The notes under the pieces are model-generated. The model saw only the letters and a list, made by a program, of their open reading frames with translations, was not told where the DNA came from and ran no database searches. From contig JBBIJY010000014.1 in assembly GCA_037445735.1 (NCBI GenBank), forward strand, positions 1 through 64,000: a stretch of DNA of 64,000 nt, read 5' to 3'. A program made the position numbers and the translations under genes. Shown piece by piece: positions 18,463 to 28,710 of the stretch (positions are counted from its first letter, which is position 1; each line of letters opens with the position of its first letter). This DNA is from Armatimonadota bacterium. Its GTDB lineage: Bacteria > Armatimonadota > Fimbriimonadia > Fimbriimonadales > GBS-DC.

Positions 18463-19509
18463 ATGGAGGCAGGAATGACCGATAAGCAGAAGGCGTTAGA
18501 GGCAGTCATTGCGCAGGTGGAGCGGCAGTTTGGCAAGGGCAGCGTGATGCGACTGGGCGAAGCCGCACGCCTGCAGGTGGAGGCGATCCCCACGGGCAGC
18601 GCCACCCTCGATATGGCGCTGGGCGTGGGCGGTATCCCGCGCGGACGCATCACCGAAATCTACGGCACCGAATCGTCGGGCAAAACCACACTCGCCCTGC
18701 ACATTATCGCCGAAGCGCAAAAGCGGGGTGGGAACGCGCTGTTCGTGGACGCCGAACACGCGCTGGACCCCGACTACGCCCGTGCCATCGGCGTCGATGT
18801 GGATCGGCTCTATATTTCGCAGCCGTCCACTGGCGACGAAGCGCTGGAGATTATGGACACGCTGATTCGAAGTGGCGCGTTCGATGTGGCGGTTCTCGAC
18901 TCGGTCGCCGCACTGATGCCCCGTCAGGAGCTGGAGGGCGATATTGGCGATGTCACGGTGGGCGCGCAGGCGCGGCTGATGTCGCAGGCGCTGCGCAAGC
19001 TGGGCGGCTCCGCTGCCAAGACCAACACCGCCGTCGTGTTCGTGAACCAGATTCGCGAAAAGGTCGGTGTGATGTACGGCAACCCCGAAACGACGCCGGG
19101 CGGGCGCGCACTCAAGTTCTGGGCGTCGGTGCGACTGGAGGTGCGCCGCGTGGACAACATCAAGCAGGGCAACGAGGTGATTGGCGTGCGCACGCGCGTG
19201 AAGGTGGTCAAGAACAAGGTCGCGCCGCCGTTCCGTCAGGCAGAGTTCGACATCATCTTCGGCAAGGGTATCTCGCGCGTGGGCGACCTGCTCGATCTCG
19301 CGCTCAATCTCGGCATCGTCCAGAAGTCGGGCACATGGTTCAACTTCGGCGAGACCCGGCTGGGTCAGGGGCGCGAGAACGCGCGTGCCTTTCTGGAAGA
19401 GAACCCCGATGTGCTGAACGCGATTGAGCAGCAGGTGCGCACGGCGATGGGTCAGCCAGCGCCCGGCGTCGCGCTCGTCACCGCCGAAGAGGTGGAGGTG
19501 GTCGAATAG
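18463..19509 (+). CDS. recA: Recombinase A
   Basis: [66 protein letters not shown] and KNKVAPPF motifs. Start may be ATG 18475. Confidence 0.99.
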   Translation: MEAGMTDKQKALEAVIAQVERQFGKGSVMRLGEAARLQVEAIPTGSATLDMALGVGGIPRGRITEIYGTESSGKTTLALHIIAEAQKRGGNALFVDAEHALDPDYARAIGVDVDRLYISQPSTGDEALEIMDTLIRSGAFDVAVLDSVAALMPRQELEGDIGDVTVGAQARLMSQALRKLGGSAAKTNTAVVFVNQIREKVGVMYGNPETTPGGRALKFWASVRLEVRRVDNIKQGNEVIGVRTRVKVVKNKVAPPFRQAEFDIIFGKGISRVGDLLDLALNLGIVQKSGTWFNFGETRLGQGRENARAFLEENPDVLNAIEQQVRTAMGQPAPGVALVTAEEVEVVE

Positions 19510-19665
19510 GGGTTCGATAACCCTTGAACTGGCTCTGGTGCTGGCTCTGACAGGGGGTGCCCCGGCTCTTGATGAGCAACCGCTTCCCACCAGATGCTCT
19601 GGCGATTGTAGCCGAAACTTTTTCGGTGCGATTTCGTCAGGTAAACTACAGAGGGGCGATTCGTT

Positions 19666-20772
19666 ATGTCGGAGCGGCGACCGTCGGTACAGCGGGAGTA
19701 CCAGCAGCAGATTCTGCTGCGCTGGATCACCACCGTCACTTACCGCATGATCTCGGTGGGCGCGATCCTGTTCGTGATTGGGCTTGCTTACCTGTTTTAC
19801 GCGCTCTTTGCGCTGGGGAATCAGAGCGGCTATAGCGCCAGCGATGTCGCCCGCATTCAGGGCAACCTGACGCTGTTCGGGCGGCTGGCGCTGATCGGCG
19901 CTGGCATGGTCGTGATTGGGCTTGCCTGGAACTATCTGGAGGAGGAGGTCGTCGGCTTCATTCTGGTGCTGCTCGCGCTCTTCTTCTACTGGGGGCTGCC
20001 CTTCCTGCTGGGGCAGATTGGCACCCTGCCGACACCCAACTCGTTGCAGGGGTTCGCGCTGAACCAGCTTCGCAACCTGATGTGGGTGCTGTTCCCGCCT
20101 GGCATTATTCTGGTGGTGTTTGTGGGGATTGCGCAGGGCATTCGTCGCCTGCGCTATGGCGCCGCGCTGGATCAGACGCTCAAGCTCGGTTCGGGCGTGA
20201 GCAGGCAGGAGGTCCAGCAACGCTTTCTGGGCAAATGCTGGCAGTTGCCGTTCTGCCGGGACTATGTGCGCCAGCGCTGCCCGATTTACCATGCGCGGCG
20301 CACCTGCTGGCGCGAGGGCGTCGGCTGTATGTGCGAGGAGAAGACCATCGTGATGGCGCTCCAGAATGTGCGCCTGAGCGATGACCCCGCCAAAAACGCC
20401 CGATATATCCCGCATAACAAGACGCTGACAAAAGCGGAGCTGCGCGCCCGCTGCGCCGAGTGCGTCATCTATAACGAGCATCAGCGCCAGAAGTATCAGC
20501 TGTTCGCGCCGCTCACGGTCGGCACGATTATCGGCATCGCCTACTTCTTCCGGGCGCCGCTGCAGGAGAAGGTGTTCAACCTGCTGTCGCTGCTGGATCA
20601 GCTGCTGGCGCGTTTCACGCTGATGCCCTCAGAGGCGCAGAAAGGCGTGCTGGAGGCGGCTGCCCGCGCGAATGAGACCGCCGCACTGATTCTCTACATC
20701 TCCCTGACCATCGTGGTGCTGAGCTACGCGCTGCGAATTGTGGAGACGGTGATTTTCAAATGGAAGCTCTGA
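19666..20772 (+). CDS. Multi-pass membrane protein with a Cys-rich soluble domain
   Basis: About six hydrophobic segments and a central CWQLPFC..RCPIY..TCWREGVGCMCEE...CAECVIY cluster. Confidence 0.75.
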   Translation: MSERRPSVQREYQQQILLRWITTVTYRMISVGAILFVIGLAYLFYALFALGNQSGYSASDVARIQGNLTLFGRLALIGAGMVVIGLAWNYLEEEVVGFILVLLALFFYWGLPFLLGQIGTLPTPNSLQGFALNQLRNLMWVLFPPGIILVVFVGIAQGIRRLRYGAALDQTLKLGSGVSRQEVQQRFLGKCWQLPFCRDYVRQRCPIYHARRTCWREGVGCMCEEKTIVMALQNVRLSDDPAKNARYIPHNKTLTKAELRARCAECVIYNEHQRQKYQLFAPLTVGTIIGIAYFFRAPLQEKVFNLLSLLDQLLARFTLMPSEAQKGVLEAAARANETAALILYISLTIVVLSYALRIVETVIFKWKL

Positions 20773-21233
20773 CGGAGTGGCTGGAGCAGCTGGAGCGCCT
20801 GGCACAGCTGATGAGCCAGCGGGGCCTATCGAGGCTGGAGGTGCGCGTGGACGGGGCGCAGGTGCGCCTGAGCCGTGCCCAATCGACGACCGTGTCCTAT
20901 CATGAGGAGCCGATGCCACCCCTCTTCCTGGCAGGCTATACGGAACCGACACCCGCCGAACCTGACGAGCCGTCCAGCAGCTGGCAACCGCCAGTGCCCA
21001 TCGAGGTTCGCTCGCCAATGGTCGGCTACTGCACGCTGATGTCGATAGAGCCGGGTGCGCGCGTGGAGCGGGGTCAGCCCCTCGCCACGGTGGAGGTGCT
21101 GGGCATCCCGAACGAAGTGCCCGCGCCCGTCACCGGCACTCTGCTGAGCTGGCAAATCGAAAATGGTGCCCCCGTCGAATACGGGCAGCCGATAGCGCTC
21201 ATCCAGCCCCTGACCGAAGAGAACCCTGAATAA
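20760..21233 (+). CDS. AccB/BCCP-like protein lacking the biotinylation lysine
   Basis: AccB layout (N-terminal L..LM...GLSRLEV, linker, VRSPMVG, PVEYGQP), but EVLGI replaces EAMKM. Confidence 0.75.
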   Translation: MEALTEWLEQLERLAQLMSQRGLSRLEVRVDGAQVRLSRAQSTTVSYHEEPMPPLFLAGYTEPTPAEPDEPSSSWQPPVPIEVRSPMVGYCTLMSIEPGARVERGQPLATVEVLGIPNEVPAPVTGTLLSWQIENGAPVEYGQPIALIQPLTEENPE

Positions 21234-21290
21234 ACAACCGCTGGCAGCATGAGCTACCAGCGGTTGGACTGTAGGGAAGTGCGCCAGCTC

Positions 21291-22133
<843 letters not shown>

Positions 22134-22391
22134 ACCTCCTCCGATTGTGTTGTGATGCCCCCGAATCGAACAGGCAGCCCCCCATGGGGAGGCTACCTTC
22201 TCGGGAGCTTGACTCTATTATACCCAACCCGGAGAGCATTCTGCAGCAGCTCCAGCCTGGAGCCGCGACCCTGGCAATCAGCCCGCATGGGAGTTCATCA
22301 GCAACGTGGGTCGCATCGCAGGTCCCGCGCGCCATGTTCGGCAGAGGAAGGTATACTGTTATTATCAGCGGTTCAGGAGGTTGCGAACGCG

Positions 22392-22976
22392 ATGGACACA
22401 ACGGGATTGATATTCGGGCTGGTGTGCATCGGTGGCGGCGCGCTGCTCCTGCTGATTCTTTTCATGGCGATGTACAACTCGCTGATTGCTAAAAAGAATC
22501 AGGTGGACTACGCCTACAGCGGCATCGATGTTCAGCTCAAAAAGCGTCACGATTTGATTCCCAATCTGGTCGCGACGGTGCGCCAGTATATGGAGCATGA
22601 GCGCGAGCTGCTGGAGCGCATCACGGCGCTGCGGGCGCGGGCGGTTTCACCCGATTTGCCCGAAGGCGAGCGCATGCAGGTCGAAGCCGCGCTGTCGGGC
22701 GCCCTGCGCAGCCTGATGGTCGCCGTCGAGAACTATCCGAACCTGAAAGCGAACGAGAACTTCCTGCATCTGCAGGCGTCGCTGAACGAGATAGAGGAGC
22801 AGCTCGCCGCTGCCCGCCGTGCCTATAACGCCGCCGTCACCGACTACAATAACGCCATCGAGATGTTCCCGACGAACTTCGTGGCGTCGATAATGGGGCT
22901 GTCGCGACGAGCCGTGTTCGAAGCGGAAGCTGCCGAGCGCGCGACACCCGATGTCGCCCAGCTGTTCCAGCAATGA
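22392..22976 (+). CDS. lemA: LemA family protein
   Basis: YNSLI..KNQVD.A.SGIDVQLKKRHDLIPNLV, ENYPNLKANENF and RRAYNAAVTDYN motifs. AGGAGG RBS before ATG 22392. Confidence 0.92.
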   Translation: MDTTGLIFGLVCIGGGALLLLILFMAMYNSLIAKKNQVDYAYSGIDVQLKKRHDLIPNLVATVRQYMEHERELLERITALRARAVSPDLPEGERMQVEAALSGALRSLMVAVENYPNLKANENFLHLQASLNEIEEQLAAARRAYNAAVTDYNNAIEMFPTNFVASIMGLSRRAVFEAEAAERATPDVAQLFQQ

Positions 22977-23974
22977 GCGCACCCGCAGGCGATTGGGATC
23001 AGCACTATCGCGAGCTGGAGCCGATACTGCGCGCGCTGGAGGAGGAGCGCCAGCAGCGCACGGCACGCTTCGGGCAGATCACGCTCTGGAGCGTTCTCAT
23101 CGGCGGGCTGCTGAGCCTGGCGCTGGCGGCGTTCGCCAGCCCGGAGCTGGGCATCTTCGCCTTTGCCCCGCTCGGTGTCGCCCTCGTTGTGATCCTCGCC
23201 AGCTACGCCGCCATCACAAGCGACTGGTCGAAACTGTTCAAGTGGCGCGTGATTAGCCAGCTGGTGAAGTTCATCAGCCCCGACCTCGAATACCTGCCAG
23301 AACAATTCATCAGCGAAGCCGAGTTCAATCAAAGCATGCTGTTCCAGCGGGAGCCAGACCGCTATCGGGGCGAAGACCTGATCCAGGGCAAAGTCGGTCA
23401 GACCGCCATCCGCCTGTCGGAGGTGCATGCCGAATATAAGGTGGAACATTACGACTCAAAGGGCAACCGCTACACGACCTGGCACACGCTGTTTCGCGGG
23501 CTGTTCATTATCGCCGATTTCAACAAGCACTTCAACGGCATCACGCTGGTGCTGCCCGATACTGAAGAGGGGCTGCTGGGCTGGCTGGGTCAAACGCTCC
23601 AGAGCTGGAGCGCCAGGCTCGGCATGCAACCGGGCGAGCTGGTCAAACTGGAAGACCCGGAGTTCGAGCGGGCGTTCAAGGTCTATTCCACCGACCAGAT
23701 AGAGGCGCGTTATATCCTGACGCCGAGCCTGATGGCGCGCATCCTGCGCTTTCGGGAGTTGACCCGCAGCGAGATACGGCTCGCCTTCATCGCCTCGCAG
23801 CTGTATCTTGCGATCCCGACCACCCATGATTACTTTGAGGCGCCGTCGGTGTTCGCGCCGACAGGCATTTTGCTCAAGCCGGAAACGATTGGCAGGTACC
23901 TGCACGAGCTGCAGTTCGCGCTGGCAGTGGTGGACGAGCTGAACCTGAACACGCGCATCTGGACGAAGCGATAG
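22973..23974 (+). CDS. DUF3137-like membrane protein
   Basis: Two N-terminal TMs, GEDLIQG, FRGLF..ADFNKHF.G.T and LEDPEFERAFKVYSTDQIEARYILTPSLM motifs. ATGA overlap with lemA. Confidence 0.8.
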   Translation: MSAPAGDWDQHYRELEPILRALEEERQQRTARFGQITLWSVLIGGLLSLALAAFASPELGIFAFAPLGVALVVILASYAAITSDWSKLFKWRVISQLVKFISPDLEYLPEQFISEAEFNQSMLFQREPDRYRGEDLIQGKVGQTAIRLSEVHAEYKVEHYDSKGNRYTTWHTLFRGLFIIADFNKHFNGITLVLPDTEEGLLGWLGQTLQSWSARLGMQPGELVKLEDPEFERAFKVYSTDQIEARYILTPSLMARILRFRELTRSEIRLAFIASQLYLAIPTTHDYFEAPSVFAPTGILLKPETIGRYLHELQFALAVVDELNLNTRIWTKR

Positions 23975-23980
23975 GCGGGT

Positions 23981-24499
23981 TCAGCCCAGTCGCTCCAGCA
24001 GGGCGCGACTGCGCCCATCCAGCGCGTTCAGGTCACGAATCTCGTAGCGGCTGCCATCCACCGCCACAATCAGGTAGCGCACGGGCGATAGCTCGTGGAT
24101 ATTATCGCGCCAGTTGCGCACATAGAACAGGCGTCGCCCGCGGTCGGTCTCCACATCCCAGCGCAGTTGCCCGTACTCTTCGTTGAGCGCATAGACCTTC
24201 TGGATGATGGGAATAAAGTAGCGGCGTTCCAGCTCCTCCTGCAGGATGGCGAGCGATTCGGGCGCCATCCCCTCCAGCGAGCGGAACATGCCAATCTCTC
24301 TGCCCTCGCGTGTGAGGATGCTGATGTAGTGGTCAGGGTCGGAGAAGGGGAAGGCGCGGGCGAACTGCACATCTTCATGCACCTCGCCGTCGGGCAGGCG
24401 CACGCGCACCTGCCGACCGTTCGGCACGCGCTCAATCAGCACGCTGGATGGCTCCAGCCACCGAATCTCCAGCTGGCTCATCTCTTGAGGATACCCCAT
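23981..24499 (-). CDS. DUF1854-like protein
   Basis: RAFPFSDPDHYISI, LERRYFIPII, WDVETDRG and DGSRYEI.D...LD..S motifs. Confidence 0.8.
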   Translation of the reverse strand: MGYPQEMSQLEIRWLEPSSVLIERVPNGRQVRVRLPDGEVHEDVQFARAFPFSDPDHYISILTREGREIGMFRSLEGMAPESLAILQEELERRYFIPIIQKVYALNEEYGQLRWDVETDRGRRLFYVRNWRDNIHELSPVRYLIVAVDGSRYEIRDLNALDGRSRALLERLG

Positions 24500-24518
24500 C
24501 GTTTGCCACCGGGATTTC

Positions 24519-26372
24519 TCAGTTGCCCGTTTCAAAGAAGGTGCGGAGCCATTCAGCGGCGATCGGTACGGCAACCTCGCTGCCATGCCCCGCTTCTTCC
24601 GCCATCACGCAGACCACCACGCGCGGGTTCTCAGCCGGCGCGAAGGCGATAAACCATGAATGCGTTTTGCCGCCCTTGCGAAACTCGGCGGAACCCGTTT
24701 TGCCTGCCACATGGATGCCCGCGATTCTCGCCCGCCGCGCCGTGCCCCGCTCCACCACGCGCACCATGCTCTCAATAATCGCGTCCCAGTTCTGGGGCGA
24801 TGCCGGAATGCGATGGATCACTTCGGGCTTCGCGGTGTAGAGCACGGAGCCGTCGGGCGCGATAATCTGGCGCACCAGATGCGGGCGATAGATGACGCCG
24901 CGATTGGCAAGCCCCATCGTGGCGACCGCCATCTGCAGGGGTGTGGTGAGCAGATAGCCCTGCCCGATTCCGTAGTTGAGCGTCTCGCCGCCGAACCATG
25001 GCTGATGGAGTGTGGCGCGTTTCCAGTTGGGATCGGGCACCAGCCCACCGCGCTCGTGCGGCAGGTCGATGCCTGTCGGCTCGCCCAGCCCGAACAGCCG
25101 TGACCAGTGTGCCAGCCGCTCTGGGCCCAGCTTCTGCGCCGTGATGTAATAAAAAGTGTCGCACGATTGCGCGATGGAGTTATAGAAATCCACGAAGCCG
25201 TGTCGTCGCCAGCAGCGGAAGAATCGGCGCCCCAGCGGATAGCCGCCCGGGCAGACGACATGGGAGCGTGTGGTCAGCACGCCTGTCTCCAGCCCTGCCA
25301 GCGCGACAAAGGGCTTGAAAGTGGAGCCAGGCGCATACGCCGCCTGCACCACGCGATTATGGAGCGGGGCGCGCGGGTCGTTGAGCAGCGCCCGCCAGAT
25401 GTTCGAGGGGATACGCGGCACAAACAGGTTGGGGTCAAACGCGGGCTGGCTCACACATGCCAGCAGCTCGCCCGTGCGCGGGTCCAGAGCCACCAGCGCG
25501 CCCACATGACCCTGAAGCAGCTCATGGGCTCGCTGCTGAAGTGTCGCGTCAATACTCAACACCAGTCGTGCGCCGGGCACAGGCTCCAGCTGCTGCAGGG
25601 TGCGCACGCGCCGTCCCAGCGGCGTTACCTCCACCTGCTCGCCGCCCGGCAGACCGTGCAGGTAGCGTTCATACTGGCGTTCCAGCCCGCTTTTGCCCAC
25701 GAAGTCAGTGCCGTCATAGATGGCTCGGCGTGCGATGGGCGCTGTTTCATCCGTGTCTGCAAACCCATTGCCAGCCGTCGCCTGCTGCTGGTAGCGAATG
25801 AGTTCCTCTTCGGAAATCTGTCCCACATAGCCAATCAGGTGGGCAAACACCTTGCCGTGGGGATACCAGCGCATCGCCTGCAGGGTGACCTCCACTTCTG
25901 GCAGGTTGTACTGGCTCTCCAGCAGGTCAACAGCCTGCTCGTAGTCGACGCCCTTGCGTACAATCAGGGGCACATAGGGGTTGATGCGTGGGTTCATAAC
26001 CAGCGCGCGCAGCTCGTCAGGCGCCATATTCAGGCGGCTGGCGACAAGCGGGATGCGCTGCGGGTTCTTGCGCAACAGGTCGGGCAGCACGCTGACCACG
26101 ATCTGGGCGCGGTTGGTGGCGAGCGTGCGTCCCAGACGGTCGACAATCAGCCCGCGCGGGGGCGCGATTCGTATCAGGCGCGTGCGCACCAGCTCCGCCC
26201 GCGTCGCCAGCTCCTCCCCATGCAGCACCTGCAGATACCAGAGTCGCGCCGTTAGCACCATCACCACCAGCCCGATGAGCATCAGCAGTGCGTACTCCCG
26301 CGGCTGGATGGGGCGCCGGTCTTCGGAACGGATGCCCAGATAGCGTTTCGGTCGCGCCTGCATGGTTCTCAT
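24519..26372 (-). CDS. mrdA: Penicillin-binding protein 2
   Basis: RLWYLQV, PPRGLIVDR, GKSGLERQYE, PGSTFK (SxxK), SCD and KTGSAE motifs. Confidence 0.93.
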   Translation of the reverse strand: MRTMQARPKRYLGIRSEDRRPIQPREYALLMLIGLVVMVLTARLWYLQVLHGEELATRAELVRTRLIRIAPPRGLIVDRLGRTLATNRAQIVVSVLPDLLRKNPQRIPLVASRLNMAPDELRALVMNPRINPYVPLIVRKGVDYEQAVDLLESQYNLPEVEVTLQAMRWYPHGKVFAHLIGYVGQISEEELIRYQQQATAGNGFADTDETAPIARRAIYDGTDFVGKSGLERQYERYLHGLPGGEQVEVTPLGRRVRTLQQLEPVPGARLVLSIDATLQQRAHELLQGHVGALVALDPRTGELLACVSQPAFDPNLFVPRIPSNIWRALLNDPRAPLHNRVVQAAYAPGSTFKPFVALAGLETGVLTTRSHVVCPGGYPLGRRFFRCWRRHGFVDFYNSIAQSCDTFYYITAQKLGPERLAHWSRLFGLGEPTGIDLPHERGGLVPDPNWKRATLHQPWFGGETLNYGIGQGYLLTTPLQMAVATMGLANRGVIYRPHLVRQIIAPDGSVLYTAKPEVIHRIPASPQNWDAIIESMVRVVERGTARRARIAGIHVAGKTGSAEFRKGGKTHSWFIAFAPAENPRVVVCVMAEEAGHGSEVAVPIAAEWLRTFFETGN

Positions 26373-26415
26373 CCCTTTCTATCGGGTTCCCCACCTGTAC
26401 TGCGTGCCTGGATGG

Positions 26416-28710
26416 CTATCGCAGCCCGTGTTTGCGGCAGTGGCGTTTGGGTTCGGTGCCCCTGATAAAGGTGCGTCGCACCACCTCCGGGCAATAGTCG
26501 GTGGCGAGCAGTCCCGTGTCGGCACAGATCAGCACCGACACCGTTTCAGGCGGTTTGGGCGGTCGTGGTGGCGGTGAGGGTGGGGGTGGTGGGGTGGCGC
26601 GGGGTGCGCCCGTGGGTATCGGCTGCGCGGTCTGGTCAGCAGGGGCGGGTTCAGGCTGGCTTGCAGGCGGCGGCGCAGCTGGCTGGGCAAGTGTCGCCCC
26701 TGTCTCCTGTTCATCTGCACCCCTCACCCCAACCCTCTCCCCAGAGGGGAGAGGAGGTTCAACTGTATCTCTCTCCCCAGCGGGGAGAGTCTCCCCCGCA
26801 GGGAGAGAGGGCGCGGGTGAGGGGGATGGCTCTTTGGGCAACTGGGCATCGATTTTCAGCACCTGCTCCATCAAATCTGCCCAGATACGGGTGCAGACGG
26901 TGCCGCCGAAGATGCGTTGCATCGGCTTGTATTCCCAGCGGTGCGTGCGCTCATCATAGTGGGCGCTGGCGACCCAGACCACCGCCAGATAGCGGTCGGT
27001 GTAGCCGATGAACCATGCGTCGCGGTAGTCGCTGGTGGTGCCCGTTTTGCCGCGCGCGTTCGGGATACGGCTGGCGGCGCGCCCTGTGCCACGCACAACC
27101 GCCTCGCGCAGAATCTCATCAATCCAGCGCGCACTCCGCTCCGACAGCACACCCTCGAACACCTCCGCTTTCTGATCCAGCAGCACCACGCCGTCGCGAT
27201 CGACCACGCGCCGAATGAGGATCGGCTTGATGCGGTTGCCGTGGGTGGCGAACACGGTGAAGGCTTCCGCCATCTCGATGGGTTTGACAGCCGACGCGCC
27301 CAGCGCGATGGGCAGCACTGGCTCCAGCGGCGATTCGAAGCCGAACCGCTCGCGGGCGAACCGCACAATTGTGTCGGCGCCGACCATCATCCCCGCGCGA
27401 ACTGCAGGGAGGTTCACCGAGAACGCCAGCGCGCGCGTGACGGTAATGACGCCGCGGTAGCGCCCATCGGCGTTCTGGGGTCGCCAGGGTCGCCCGGGCA
27501 CGCCCGACGGCAGGCTGATGGGCGCGTCCAGAATGCGGCTGGTGGGCGTCAGTTTGCCCAGCTCGAACGCGGTGGCGTACACAATCGGCTTGAATGCCGA
27601 ACCGGGCTGGCGCCGCCCCTGCGTGATGGCGTTATATTGCGACTGGCTGAAGTTGCGCCCACCGACCAGTGCACGGATGCCGCCTGTGCGAAGATCGATC
27701 AGCACAATCGCGCCCTGATTGACCCCGCGCGATTCGAATTCGCGGATACCCCGCTCCAGTGCCTGCTCGGCAGCTGCCTGCATCTGGGAATGGAGCGTGG
27801 TGTACACCTTCAGGTTGCCCTGCAGCAGCAGCTCGCGTCCATAGAGGTCTTCCAGCTGGCGCAGCGCGTCCATCACCGCGTAGGGCGCACGGAACTGCAT
27901 GCGCGGGCGACGCTTCGTCAGGCGCAGCGGCTCCTTTTTGGCGGCGTCGCGCTGGGCAGGCGTGATGTAGCCCTCCTGCGCCATCAGATCCAGCACCAGA
28001 TTGCGCTGGCGAATCGCCTCGTCGGGATTACCAAACGGCTCATACGCTGACGGGCGTTGCGGCAGAGCCGCTAACAGGGCGCACTCTGCCAGCGTGAGCT
28101 GATCCAGCGGCTTGTTAAAATAGACCCGCGCTGCTGCCCTGACCCCATACGCACCGTTGCCGTAATAGACCTGATTGAGGTACAGCTCCAGGATACGCTC
28201 TTTGCTCAGGCGACGCTCCAGCTCCTGCGCCAGAATAATCTCCTGCAGCTTGCGGCTGACCGTGCGCCGCTGGGTGAGGAAGGCGTTGCGGGCTAACTGC
28301 TGAGTCAGCGTGCTACCACCCTGCTGAATCTCGCCCTGCGTGAGGTTGACCCATGCGGCGCGGGCGACCCCACGCCAGTCGACCCCGTGATGGCGCCAGA
28401 ACCGCCGATCCTCTTTGGCGATCGTGGCATTGATAAGATGTTTTGGGATCTCACTGAGCGCGGCGGGTTCGCGATACTCTTCGGCAATACGCGCCAGCAA
28501 CACGCCATCGGCAGAGTAGATATAGCTCGCCTCGCGCGGCTTGTAGTTTTCGAGCACCTCGACGGAGGGCATCATCTGCGCCACCTGATAGTACAGCACG
28601 CCGACAAAGGTCATGGCACCCAGCATCAGGCTCAAAAAGAGCAGCGCCAGATACGCCAGGAAACGCTTCCAGCGGCGACGCCTGCGACGCGCTCTCATCA
28701 CGCTACTCAC
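26416..28710 (-). CDS. Class A PBP (PBP1A family, transglycosylase-transpeptidase)
   Basis: EDRRF..H.GVD, GGSTLTQQL, RKLQE, YLNQVYYG, RQPGSAFKP, SVN and KTGT motifs. Confidence 0.93.
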   Translation of the reverse strand: MSSVMRARRRRRRWKRFLAYLALLFLSLMLGAMTFVGVLYYQVAQMMPSVEVLENYKPREASYIYSADGVLLARIAEEYREPAALSEIPKHLINATIAKEDRRFWRHHGVDWRGVARAAWVNLTQGEIQQGGSTLTQQLARNAFLTQRRTVSRKLQEIILAQELERRLSKERILELYLNQVYYGNGAYGVRAAARVYFNKPLDQLTLAECALLAALPQRPSAYEPFGNPDEAIRQRNLVLDLMAQEGYITPAQRDAAKKEPLRLTKRRPRMQFRAPYAVMDALRQLEDLYGRELLLQGNLKVYTTLHSQMQAAAEQALERGIREFESRGVNQGAIVLIDLRTGGIRALVGGRNFSQSQYNAITQGRRQPGSAFKPIVYATAFELGKLTPTSRILDAPISLPSGVPGRPWRPQNADGRYRGVITVTRALAFSVNLPAVRAGMMVGADTIVRFARERFGFESPLEPVLPIALGASAVKPIEMAEAFTVFATHGNRIKPILIRRVVDRDGVVLLDQKAEVFEGVLSERSARWIDEILREAVVRGTGRAASRIPNARGKTGTTSDYRDAWFIGYTDRYLAVVWVASAHYDERTHRWEYKPMQRIFGGTVCTRIWADLMEQVLKIDAQLPKEPSPSPAPSLPAGETLPAGERDTVEPPLPSGERVGVRGADEQETGATLAQPAAPPPASQPEPAPADQTAQPIPTGAPRATPPPPPSPPPRPPKPPETVSVLICADTGLLATDYCPEVVRRTFIRGTEPKRHCRKHGLR
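26720..26825. repeat. REP-family palindromes inside the PBP1A coding sequence
   Basis: ccctcaccccaaccctctccccagaggggagagg...gggagagagggcgcgggtgagggg, translated as PSPSPAPSLPAGE...PPLPSGERVGVRG. Confidence 0.8.
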
